Shown: positions 10,513 through 22,356 of the stretch, piece after piece
Position numbering within the stretch: position 1 is the first letter of the stretch
Layout of the letters: each line of letters begins with the position of its first letter
Assembly (NCBI GenBank): GCA_013115145.1
Contig: JAAPAO010000088.1
Coordinates: 1-64,000, forward strand
Length of the DNA: 64,000 nt
Source: Perkinsus chesapeaki ATCC PRA-425
Lineage: Eukaryota; Protista; Perkinsozoa
Direction of reading: 5' to 3'
Made by a program: the position numbers and the translations under genes
Notes under the pieces: generated by a model
Databases searched by the model: none
Seen by the model: the letters and a program-made list of their open reading frames with translations, nothing else
Told to the model about the DNA's origin: nothing

Positions 10513-12246
10513 GGTAGTGTTGGGTGAGAATCCAATTCCTAGGACACAAGTAGCTTGACACCCTCTGGATTCGCTCGTATAATCGAACAAGAGAAACCCT
10601 TACAGTAAGCCCTTACAAAAAGCTACGTAAAGAGCGAAATGCGCATCAGTAGCGCGCTGATCCAGCAGTTCCATTCGACACGTGGGCGCCTTTCCGCACA
10701 GAAGCGCCGTGGGCCGTGGCGCGTGGCGCGACTCGCTCCACATGTGCGACAAGACGGCACTTTCAGGAGTTGCCGTCGATCTGCAAACCAAAACCTCCAA
10801 ACCAGCAGAGATGGCGAGCAGCACGGCTACGACCGCCATCAATGGCAACCAGGACCACGCCTGCCGTACTGATCGTGTCCTGGCTTACTAGGATTCTCAA
10901 GTATTGTTACGGGGAATCCCTATTAGAGAGTTCTGCAGGTTGGCTAGCTCTCGAACGGTTTCTCATACCGGCATTGTTGGATTCTTAAGTGTCAGTGGGT
11001 TAAGTGTGTCTGCACTCCCCATTTTTAACGCTTACAATTGTCACAATGTAGTTTGCGTGGCTTTCCTTGTGCGCATGCGTCGCGTAAGGTGAGTTTGGCA
11101 GATTTAAGTAAGTAGATTCAGCAGATCTTACAATTCACGTACAGTTCCAGGCTCTCGGCTTATAATTCGCCTTCCCCGATCAATCTCATCCCAGCAATTG
11201 GGTGGCAACCGACCTTTATAATATAAAGTTTTTATCTGCCACTAACAATCGTTTTGAGAGGTCACTTGTGCGGATTGTCTTATCGCGTTGTGCGGTTTGC
11301 CACGGGTTTGGGCGAAGTTGTGGTGGAAAAGCGATGACCGGCCCGAGTAGCACACTCTCAAGGGCTTCTCTACGGAGAAGTGCTTAGCGGGCGAGCAATA
11401 TAGCTTTGAGGCGCAACAGCTTGATACATCGAAGACAGGCAATAAAGCGTAGGAGAAGCTACTCCTTCACGAACAGTAACGATACACAGGGTTGAGTCCA
11501 CGACACCGGGTCTTCTCTCGTTCAATGTGGTATACTTACGTCACGCAGCCCTATGTTAAGGTTCTGGTAAGAGCCGTGCTGCAAGTCCTGAGCGACATAT
11601 TCTATTCTAGATAGACGATGGGAAGGGGCGGATGCCGATCGGTTGTACAATAGTCTGGGAAGTTGGTAATCTAGGCTAGCTGAAGTGTCAGTTCGCACTC
11701 CATGCGATTGGTGTCTGATATGTCACTCACGGAAAAGTCTGACATTCAGTAAACCGTCTTCAATAAAGAGTAATACATGATACAGGAAATGACGGTCTTT
11801 ACAGTAATCATCAGAGCGAAACTTTCCTAACCGAAGCAGTTTTCCAGTATTCATCATAAAAACTAATGAATTTTATCTTTGCGAAGATTAGAAATGTCGC
11901 TCGCCACAACCGTTTCATTGTACTGAAACCGCGCTTGGCCGTTTTCCCTAGTGTTCATTTACTAACTCAACAGAATGACGGTATAAGGCAGCCCTTAATG
12001 AACAGACACGTGGCGTGTTATCCTGCTCAGATAATGACATCCCTCCTTCAATTGGTAAAACCTTCGATGACATCGTCAATCCTAGCTGGCAAGATGCTGC
12101 TGCAGTTTATTATACTTAACGGTACAAGAGTTTGTTATTAATAGTACTTGTTATTATAACCACGGTCTTACCACGAACGTGCCGCGTTATGTTGTTAAGG
12201 ACATGTGAATAAACATGATACATTGTGAGATCTCCATAGGAGATGC

Positions 12247-12826
12247 TTAGACGAACTCGGCATACTGGCGTGATGGAAAAAGCTGCTGTTGAAACGACGC
12301 CATACTGCCGCTTGGTGACTTGTAAGGCTGTGAAGACCTCGGCGGTCGGGGCTGAATAGCAATTAGTGCTTCACGGGGAGCACTGCCTTACACTATGTCT
12401 GAAGGGGCCTCGCATAGACTGATAACCGGCGGCTCCTGCCGATCGTTGTTGTTGATGGCGAAGGAGATTGTATTCCTGAAATCGCACTAAGGACATTCTC
12501 CTAGCTAATAGAACTTACGGTTTGTTTTCTGATGTGTCTTATCTCATCAGCTATGGTGGCTAGTTCATGTAGTTCCTCATGGCTAAGGCCGGGCTCTAGA
12601 ATGACATCTCCGGGCATTGACAAAGTGTCGGAGGTATCAGTTGCAAGTCCGGATTGATCTGCGAGCTCGCACAAGCGTTGAACGAGATCTCTCTTGCCAC
12701 CTGAGATAGCTGCCTACTCGCCGCAGTTCCCTCCCTCTTACCATCTGAGGCTATGCCCTTCTGTTTACATAAAGTACGCAACTGCCCCACGCGCATTGCA
12801 CCATATTGTTGATGAAGGTCGGCCAT
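12247..12826 (-). CDS. Small SAP-domain protein (4 exons)
   Basis: Spliced MRVGQLRTLCKQKGIASDG|GKRDLVQRL matches the SAP helix-extended-helix pattern. Three ~40-nt GT-AG introns keep the frame open to TAA at 12247-12249. Confidence 0.75.
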
Positions 12827-13359
12827 TCTTGAAACACTATCGTACTAGGCTTGATGAGGCCGCTATTCAACGAGGTGTACGTATATTGGCGTTGAGGAAA
12901 TGCAAGATAGCAAGTGACGATTCATAGCGAAGACACTTTGAAACTATTATTTTTATTGCTTGTTAATTGACAACGAAACTCTTTGTTTAAAGTTTGTACG
13001 GTATCAGTGGTATTGAGAGCAATTGTATTCAGAATAATATATTAAATATGATGTGATTGAACCAGTTTCCAGTGGTGTAATCGATCATTTGTGGGCGAGC
13101 GAGATTATTGTTTGTTATTGTGTGAACTAGCCGACGATTAGTGGCGGCTTGTGTGATAGTACTGGGAACTAGTACTGGGAGTACTGGAATCTTTGTGATG
13201 AGGTTGTCCTTGACTTTGACATGTTGAAAAGATACTCTATATTTTGGTGGTATTATTTAGCTATGTATTCGCAACGATATCATTGAGGTTAACTTTTAAG
13301 ATGCTTATAGGGTCGGAGTGATGTGACTTTTGATGGCAGCTGCTTCTGCATTATTAAAT

Positions 13360-14198
13360 ATGGCAACATCTGAATTCGAGAAGACTGCTGAGGCGACCGC
13401 AACCGCTGAGAAGACCGACGTGATCGAGAAGGTTGATGAAGAGGAGGTAAGATACTCTTCTAGCCGAGCCATTCTGGTGTTAAGGAGTGTTTCAGGTTAC
13501 CGAGGTCGAGGGCTGGGCTCCATCCGTTTCACTTGAGGTCAACGATAGGATAGAGACTGGTGAAGAGGGAGAGGAAGAGCTCTACCGTCAGAGGAGCAAG
13601 CTTTACAGGTAGCTAAGGGAAAGCCAGTTGGTGTTTATAATACTGATGTAGATGGGTTGCCAAGGATGAAGGCAGCGGCGAATGGAAGGAACGCGGTACT
13701 GGTGAGATGCGACTTTTAAAGGAAAAGAAAAGCGGAAGAGTAAATTGTTTTATGTGGTTTATGGTGTTCTCACGCGTGTTTTAGGTACGTGCTTTGATGC
13801 GTCAGGAAAAGACATTGAAGATCATAGCCAACCATTACGTTGTCGAGAACGGTCCCTACTGCAGCCTCAAGCCTAACGCTGGGTATTAGTGGTGCAGCTA
13901 GAGGTGTCAGAAAGTGATTGTTGCTGTCAGATCTGAGAAGTGCTGGGTTTGGATGGCCAGCGACTATGCTGATGGTGCCGAGAACACCGAGCAGTTCGCC
14001 CTGAAGTTCGGCAACCCTGATCTGGCCAAGGCTTTCGAGAAGGCATTCAACGAGGTTGGTTAACTTTCGGTAATTATCGGTATGATGGTGGATCCATTTC
14101 AGGCTAAGCAGTCGAACGCTGAGATAATCTCGGGTGAGAAGGCCGCAAAGAAGGAAGAGAAAAAGGAGGAGGAAAAGGAAGAGAAAAAGGAGGAGTAA
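13360..14198 (+). CDS. RANBP1: Ran-binding protein 1 (RanBD)
   Basis: ETGEEGEEELYRQRSKLYR, EWKERGTG, RALMRQEKTLKIIANH, WVWMASDYADG..EQFALKF across GT-AG introns; the ATG at 13333 is an alternative start. Confidence 0.92.
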
Positions 14199-14383
14199 AG
14201 TGATGGGCAAGAACACTGTGTAGCAATGCCGGACTTGGCTACTGCTACGACTTGCCACTATTGCTGCTGCTGATGCATTGTACGACGTTTCTCCCGCTAT
14301 AACAAAGACCTATTAAAACCGATGAAGTGTGGTGTTGGTTAAGTGGGAGGGGTAGCAGCAGCAGCAGGTGTTGTTAGTAGGCA

Positions 14384-14810
14384 ATGACAGGCAATGATCA
14401 GCATTTCTGGGATGAGACCAGGAAGCCATGGAATGACTTGGAGAACGAGAGGAGGCCTGTGAAGCCACAGAAGAAGGCTAGTGGCAGTCGAGTCACCGAG
14501 GATACTGGTAAGAGGAGGAGATAGTTGCACTGCGTCATCACCGTGGCTCTCGAGGGTACGGTAATCGACGTAAGATGCAGATTAAGTCAAACAGTATCTT
14601 TGGTCAGAGTGAAGAAAGTTGGATTGCCTCCGAAATGGGGACTTGGAGGGCTCGGCTACTCGTGACTTTGTTGCTAGTATACTTAATGCTAGCTGTTACC
14701 GCTCAACGTGGGGCGAGTCGTACAAGTTCTACAATAACCACATTTCACCTTACTTTCATAAGGGGGCTTTGATCTGGCAACTTACAATATATTATTCATT
14801 ATTATGATTG
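14384..14810 (+). CDS. Hypothetical small spliced gene (uncertain)
   Basis: Exon-like MTGNDQHFWDETRKPWNDLE.. ends at a GTAAGA donor and is followed by a hydrophobic exon-like frame; not recognised. Confidence 0.25.
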
Positions 14811-14882
14811 GCTGCCATGATAGCGGAATGGTTATTTCGCTCACTTTGACTTAACATTTTTCAAGGTAAAGCCTCCCAAGCG

Positions 14883-16491
14883 ATGGCAGGGTACTTTGCC
14901 GATATGGTGATGCAGCAAGCCATCAGTGACAAGCTGAAGGGGTCTAGTGGGGGAGTTGGAGACCACGGGATGGCTAAGGTGATAAATGGTTCACGGGGAT
15001 ACATCTAGCATTGAGGGAATGTAGTCAGAGTTTTCGCTAGTGATACGAAGGAGGAGATATAATAGAAACTCTCCTAGGAAATATGTCACCGAAAGCACGA
15101 AGACATATCAAATGCATTTCTGCTGGGCTCAGCCTTCGGTGTATCGCGAAGACTGCCGGGTGGCGGAATTGAACCTGTGCGGGTTTGATAATGGCAGATT
15201 TCGTGTTAGTACTCGCTGCCTCCCCAAATGGCGCTGCCGAGTAGGAAGAAGAAAAGCGGTGGATCATCGGATGAAGATACGGATTCTGATAACGACGAAA
15301 AGGGCGCAAAGGGCGAGGATTTCGACCTCGAAGAGATTCGAGCACGACGTAATAGCTGAGCGGAATAACTGTTAGGCTTCCATGCTAGAGGTCGCTGGTT
15401 CGAATCTTCGGTCTGTTATTTAGAGGTATTTTCGACTAGGTCTCGCCCAGTTGAAGGCACAGCAGAAAAATGTGGCGGAAAACAAAGCCAAAGGCCACGG
15501 AGAGTTGAGCGAGATCACCGAGGGTGAATTCTTGGATGCTGTAACGAAGAGCGACAAAGCCATTGTAGCGCCGGAGGGCTGGGCGGCGGAGATAGTGGGA
15601 TGGCAGGTCCACTTCTATCACAGGAGTTTTCAAAAGTGCAAAATCATCGATAAGCATCTGGGCAGACTTGCGCGCCATTTATTGGGTGTTAAAATGGTCA
15701 AGGTAGATTCCGAGTGAGGAGGAAGGCAGAGCGTTGGATGATTCAGTTAAATGCTGAGAAGGCACCGTTCTTTGTGGATAAGCTGCGCGTGAGAGTGCTG
15801 CCTACTACGGTGCTGTTTGTCAAGGGAATAGCAGTAATAAAGGAATGGGGCGACAGATTGGAGTTGCTGTTTAATATGTGCTAGTTAGAGCTTTGTTCAT
15901 TCTCGAATGTGGGGTGATAAGTAACAAGGTTTAACGTGTGTATATCTCCGAGCTCCGTCAATGGCAGCGCAATCGAGCTGGATTCCACTAGGCTCCAAAC
16001 CGGCATACATTTGGGTCATTGAAAAACGTCGGATTCTAGGCCCAGAGGGAATGCATCTGATGTTTCGTTTTGGTCTAGGAAAATGTAAATTGTACCTCCT
16101 CTTCATTGGGAACGCTTTTTCGATCCCGAGGGAGGCATGTGGTGGTTCAGGTCCATCATATAGTAGGATTTGAAGGCCTTCGCTGTATTGACGGCGAAGA
16201 CATCACTTCTCTGAGCTTGGCAAAAGTAAAACCGCGCGCCACGAAATTGGTTATGATGCATTCCCATACCAGGTGTTGTATGAGAACGATATGATTTCCG
16301 ATGGAGAACTTGACCGTCTTGAACGTGAGGATTGGGGCTCCAGATTTATCATTAAACATTGCATTCGTCCAGCATTTCTGTTATCTTCGGGTGAGGTGTT
16401 CGTAGGTGTATACGGCGAAGAGCATAATAGTGCTGATCCGAACAGGGCGTTGATGGGAAATGCTGATGAGGATGATTATGAGTTTAATTAG
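14883..16491 (+). CDS. Phosducin-like / thioredoxin-domain protein (TXNDC9/PhLP3-like)
   Basis: KGHGELSEITEGEFLDAVTKS, VHFYHRSFQKCKIIDKHL, LNAEKAPFFVDKLRVRVLPT, IVGFEGL; start approximate. Confidence 0.85.
15349..15439 (+). pseudogene. Intron consisting largely of a degenerate tRNA gene (A-box and B-box)
   Basis: TAGCTGAGCGG (A-box) ... CTTCCAT loop ... GAGGTCGCTGGTTCGAATC (variable loop and T-arm) ... GAGGTATTTT..AG; its removal gives RAR-R-LAQLK. Confidence 0.65.
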
Positions 16492-17391
16492 GGTATCATG
16501 GTTGACTTAGTAGTAAATGCTTCAGTCATTGGGAAGGTGTTTTGTTTAGTGAGTTATTGCTATAGGCGATCATCTGATCAGTCAGCGCCATAATTATCGC
16601 CACCCCAGGCAGTCGTCGTTTAAAATGCACTTTGACGTGGAGAGCCTCGAAAGCTGATTGGAAATCTTTGTCATTGTCAACGTGTGCAAGCATTCTGTCA
16701 CAGATCAGATCAGGCTCTAGCAGGCATGGAGAACACCAGGGGGCTTTGCCAGCTCAAGTGCTCGGCTTGGGGTGGTAGTTGTCCACGTCATTATTTCACA
16801 TTCCTGTATCGTTCCGATGGGCGAGTGGTTGATTAGATGCACACCAACGCTGCATTCTGAGTCTTCCTGTCTTTATAAGATTGCTAAGGAAATGTAGGGA
16901 CTTCCCTACTACTTTTACGGAACACCGCCCGTGGTTCGAGTGAAGCTTTTGAAAGAATGAATCTATTCGATTGTAAGACTTTTTGAAAGTCTCCACAATA
17001 TGTCCATAAAATCACGGCGCCTATTCCTGGGGGGCCAGCTCGTGGCGGTTCGGACATTCGCGTCGAGGCCAACTGGAATACCCGAAGGAATGAGTAAGTG
17101 TAAGCTCTGAACCTGGAATTGGAGCCCTCGTTTGCTTACAGCTGCCTTCGACTGGCTTGTAATCAGTTTTATATATACATAAATATGGAGGGAGGGATAT
17201 AGGCTTCAGTCACTTCACAAGCTGCTTATTTCCGGTTCGACTTATGGTGTTTTTACAAAATGCAATTGAGCTCGAAAATTCTATCGATGGTCTGCGCTCC
17301 CGCAGTACGAAAGTGAGGTATGGACAATAATGACCTAATTACAATTATATGCAGTAATAATAAGCACTTGGCCAACTTTGCAAATTTCACT

Positions 17392-20309
17392 ATGAGTATT
17401 CACCTGACCCCCTTCGATGACTCGGACTTGAGGAGTGCCTTATCAGAACGCCGCTACGCTCTATGCTGGTAGAATTGTTGTACTTGCAGTTTAACACCGG
17501 GGGCCTAGGCGTGAAGTTTTCAATGATAGAAAAGGTATCTAGGATGTCACTTCAGAGGTTGAGTCGATCGTCTAGGTTGCCACGGCGAGAGCTCGGGCCT
17601 TGATGTCGTTGAAAAACAGCTTTTATGAATGCGCTAAAAGATGTGTTATATTGTCTAGTATTCACGTGAGCATTCATATAATTCATTTACTGTATAGATA
17701 GAAAGTGCCATTGGGGAGGCTGGCGCATTCCCGGCATGGCAGCTGTGCACCTCGAAAAGGCTTAGGCTTTAAGCCCATGGAGGTTCAGGGCTTTATGAAT
17801 GCATATTGCAGTGGTAGTGTTTATTCAGATAGACCCCATCATTTGGATTCATCCTCGACAATAGTACCAGGCCAAGATAGGCCACCGATGGCTTCGGGAA
17901 GGGTGGCGTTGAAGACTGTAGGGAATAGTTATATTGGACTCGGTAATATGGGAAAGAGAGCAGGCATCTTGTTCGTCTCGGATTTAGCAATTGCTTGAAT
18001 TTGTTCAAGAGAGTTCGGAGTTTTGGTTGTTGTATTCGCCTCGTAAATGTGTATCCGCTTGGTGTCCTAAGTTGCTTCGAGTTGGGGTAGATGCCCCGAT
18101 CTATTGCCCGAGTACTTCGGTAAAAATTAAATAACTCCGGACTCATAACATTACAGTCGGTCACCGATTAACTACCAAAATGAACTGCCAGGATACTCAC
18201 CAATCACACCCGAAAGAATCTGCGATATCCCACCGGAAGTGATACCGAGTAAACTTGGTCAACTCCGTCACTTGTCATACTGTTACCGCATTCCAAGTGG
18301 AATAATTGTCCTTACGAGGTCAGCTGTCACAGAGGATAGTATTCGGTTGTTTAGGCAAGTTCGATGGGATTGGGGACGACCCAGTTCGGCTGGCACAAGC
18401 AATAGCATATCTTCAGGGTGCTATAGAGGCAGCTGGGAAGAATCCAACTGAGGGAGTTGTCGGTTGAAGCGTGCATTTCGTGTAGTGGAAAGATACTTCA
18501 GGCTAAGCTGTACCGTGACTTGGGAATGCATTATCATCGAGCCGAAAAGCTCCACAAGGCAGTCGAGGCGTACCGAGAGGCATGTGCCGTGCTAGACAGG
18601 TGAGCTTTGATCGATGAGTCAGCCACACTGCTTCAGGCTCGCGGACTTTTGGACATCTCGGTGACCAAGTACAAAAATTCACACAGTTAGTTTGCCCTGA
18701 GAAATTGCTTCTCGTCTCCTACTTGTGCATCTCCAGTATTTTTTTAAATAAAACTTTTCCGGTAGTCTCGCCGTGGTGTCGTAATACGTTCTGCGCCTTT
18801 CGATAGGTTTGCCGCGGATTTCCGATTCAACAGCGCCGAATATATCTAAGTTGGTGAACGGCATCTCAAACAAATTCTGGTCGTACTCGACTGGCTTATT
18901 CAGGCTCATCAGCGAGACTCCTCCAGAAAACACCGATCGTTTGCGGACGTTACGGTATCAATTGGCGTCGGCTTACAGCTGTCTGAGTGTCGCTGTTAGA
19001 GAGCGAGACGGCGATGAAGGTGAGGAAATGTTGTTATCTCATACACGGAGGTGGTTAGGGAAAATAGGAGAACTCGTGAACTTGTTCCTAGTGGTCCTGG
19101 TGATTCGCCAATGTCCTCTTTCCACTGAGGGCCTCGCCTAGACTCTTCCGGGCTTTGGGGGGGGTTGTGTCACATAGCTTGTATCATTGAAAGGAAAATG
19201 TAGATAGCGCGGCACTGGTGAAGGTCCTGTAGGCCGGCGGAAAGTCTGCGAGAGGTATACTCTTTGTATATCTTATTGTAAATTACAGCATTACAAATTG
19301 TAATGCTGATATATCATTCTGAATCAGCGAAGCTCGTTCCGTAGTCTAGTGAGCTTCTCTGGACTCCAGAGATTATTTGGACACCCAATCGCTACTGCAG
19401 GCCGCTGGTGATTGAACTTCAAATATTTATATAGCTCGTATTTTTATATAACCTTCCTGTCGTTTAGGTATCCCCGAAGCCCTCGCTTTGTGCAACAGGG
19501 CACTGGAGCTGAGGAAGGCCTGCGTTGGTGCCAAGCATCTGTCGGTGGCTGAATGCCTTAATAACGCGGCTGGGATGCTGCATGTTCAAGGTGAGGCAAT
19601 GGAATCTTGTTGATAAGATTCGGGCAGGCAGCAGCTTCTACTATCGGGTGTCATCTCTTTATCTTCTTTGTATCACGACAAGCAATCTCAGGATCATACG
19701 CCCGAGCAGCGGAGCTGTACTCGGAGGCTCTTCAAATACTCCTTACTCATACAGGCGGAAAGGAGGAGAATCGATTTGTTGCGATGACCTATTTTAATAT
19801 TGGTTTGGCGTACGAGAAGTTGGGCAAGTTGGAAGGCGCTGCTGATGCGGTAGGCGAATCTCCGGGGTGATTATTGAGCAGGAAACTTCCGACGTTGCGG
19901 TTTGCTCCTCGCTCCACTTCGGAACGTCATTCTCACTGTCTGATCACGTTGGTCGATGATCTGCGGACATCCCCGATGCTCATGTCGCCTTTGGGCAGGA
20001 TACCGACATGTCATTACGTTATATTCCGCTGCCTAATCTCGCTCGCCCTATATTCCCCAGCTGTTCGATCGGCTTTGAATTTGCCTCTGCTGTTTTGTTA
20101 AGGAATAGTCTGTCTAATGTCAGATGGAGAAGGCTGTGAATTTGTCGGCCCATTTGTGGGGTCCTTCAAACGAGAATGTGAAGGAGATGTTGAAGCAGCT
20201 GACTAGAGTGGTGGCCGAGATCAGGAAGGCCCGTCCGAAGGAGCCGGAGAATCGGCCAATGCAGGGCCCGCAGGACAACCCTGAAAAAAACAAATCACGT
20301 CTGTGGTGA
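17392..20309 (+). CDS. Multi-exon tetratricopeptide-repeat protein (kinesin-light-chain-like TPRs); boundaries uncertain
   Basis: EALALCNRALELRKACVGAKHLSVAECLNNAAGML, GSYARAAELYSEALQI..VAMTYFNIGLAYEKLGK, AEKLHKAVEAYREA. Confidence 0.6.
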
Positions 20310-20392
20310 ATGTGAATGAGTTTCTGTTGGTGTATTGTTTGTCTGTTGAGTTGTGAGTGAAGTGCACGGGTGGAGTTAAGATTCCCGAACTG

Positions 20393-22196
20393 ATGGAAAA
20401 GCTGGCGGGACTGGATACGGTGGGGGATATCTGGAAGGAGGCTATGATCGGCAGCAACTACCCCAGTAATCATCCGGTCTATGAGGAGAGAGTGGTATGG
20501 CAACTACTTCAACACAAAGACCTCAGACGAGCTCAGTAAGGGAAACCCATTCTGCCAATTCCTCGACTTCTCGTCAGCAGGTCACTTATACGAGAGCTGC
20601 CGTACACGGCTAAGCGCGAGCGCTGGCAAGCGTTGTGTAGTCTTGCCGATGGGCATCCGGAGGAGGCCGCCGATGCCCTTGTGAATGCCATACTCCTTTC
20701 CCTCGAGGAACACGACATTGTAAAATGCTCCCAGTGGATCGGTCTCAGGGAATATTAGGAAGTCCGGGCGGAGTGTCTGGCGCATCTCGGCCGTTTGCCG
20801 GAGGATTTGGTTCGTCGAGCTGTGGCGGAGATTTCAAGGACAGCAGTATTGGACAAGTCGGATGCCGCGGAGAAGAACCAAGCGAGGCTGGTGATTCTGT
20901 CTGTCTGTTTGTTGCGAAGGGTTTCTGATGTAGGTTGGAGATGTGCCGGATATGGTTGCAGCGAAGAATCAGACTACAGTTGATCATTCTGAAGAGCTGC
21001 TGCGTTTTATGCTGAATCGAGTAGGAAAACGACAGCGGCAGGATTCGAACCTGCGCGGGCAGAGCCCAGTGGATTTCTAGTCCACCTCCTTAACCACTCG
21101 GACACGCTGTCGATGGAATCGATTCGCGTCATTGCTTCGTCCGTAAAACTTTCGGCTACTCATCTCGAGAACTCTCACGGTCCGAAATTGATGATCGGTT
21201 AAGGTGGCTGCTCTTGTTATGATGAAACTGATTCCCATTTCCAACACGGAAATCTGGTTGGGATGGTGTTCACTTTCGGGCCGTTGTCGCTGTCACCAGC
21301 TCTCCGGGCTACCACTGGAAAGATACGATAGTTCTAGGCGCTTCCTCGGTTATTCTCTGTCTTTCTCAGCCTACTGTGGGAGCATCCGAGACTATCGAGC
21401 GTGCCGCTCGTGCCACAGCGTTAACTAGCGGGCCGCGCTATCACAGGTGGCGCCTAGCCGAGCTGTTGAGGTCTATTGTTGCTCCTAGACACACAACGGC
21501 TGCGGCACTTGCTGCGCTGGAGAGGGCTGTGAAGGAGAAGTCTATACCAGGTATTCATACAAGCTTGGTCCGCATCAGAAATGCTATAAGGAGAGTGAGC
21601 CAGGATGGGGAAGGAAGCTGGCAGCAGCGCGCCACAGGTAGGAGCTCACCTTTCGCGCGCCACGAAACTGATGCGTGTGTATAGGTAACGAACTCAGTGA
21701 AGCTGTGAAGTCGGTGCTGATAGAAGGTGGGGTGAACTCCGACTGCGTTGGCAGGATTCTCCGTGCTCTTGGCTGCGATGTCGACGGGGTGAGTGCGGCC
21801 ACTTCCAGGAGTACCGAGTGTCCTCAGGGGAAGGCTGCTGATGATAATGATGATGACGATCCTTTCATTGGAGGGAACGGCAGAGAGTCCCTGTGTGACC
21901 GGCCGGGGAATCTCGACATGACCAACACCTACTTGGCAGGAGGCACGCCCGTCTGGGGCTTCCCCGAGCCCGTGGGGCCCTTTGAATCTTCTCTATGGTC
22001 TAAAGCTCTGGTCGTCAGGTTCGCATTGCCGGACTCGACGGTCGCATATCATCCAGCAGCGCATACTCCTGTGGTCCCGAGTTCGAGGTACGCCGGTCTA
22101 GCCAACCTGGACAGGATCTGTCTTCTCCAGGGCACCGGCCTTGACTTGGCTGCGGAGAGCATGTATCACATCCTCAGCGACTTGCAATTTCCTTGA
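20393..22196 (+). CDS. Hypothetical multi-exon protein whose model spans the tRNA-Ser
   Basis: Frame-consistent model: exon 20934-21020, intron 21021-21203, exon 21204-21256, 43-nt intron, then an exon from 21300 continuing into ORFs 21376-21684 and 21675-22196. Confidence 0.5.
21030..21111 (-). tRNA. tRNA-Ser (anticodon AGA), 82 nt, long variable arm
   Basis: GACAGCG acceptor stem pairs with CGCTGTC; anticodon stem GTGGA-CTAGAAA-TCCAC; T-loop GGTTCGAATCC; followed by TTTT. Confidence 0.97.
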
Positions 22197-22356
22197 TTCC
22201 TTGGCGTTGCGTGCACCCTTCATGGCTCTACTCGCCCCCCATCCACAGCCGTACAGGAAGGCTCAGCCTTCAAAGCTCTAACGGTCCCTGACTTGAGAGA
22301 AGGAATATTACATTCACATCTTGTTCGTCTCTGAGCCCTTCTTACGCCTCATCCTC

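Noticed and set aside
10630-10890. GC-rich island with overlapping short ORFs as a mobile-element or foreign fragment
   Set aside because: No recognisable protein motif, terminal repeats or target-site duplication.
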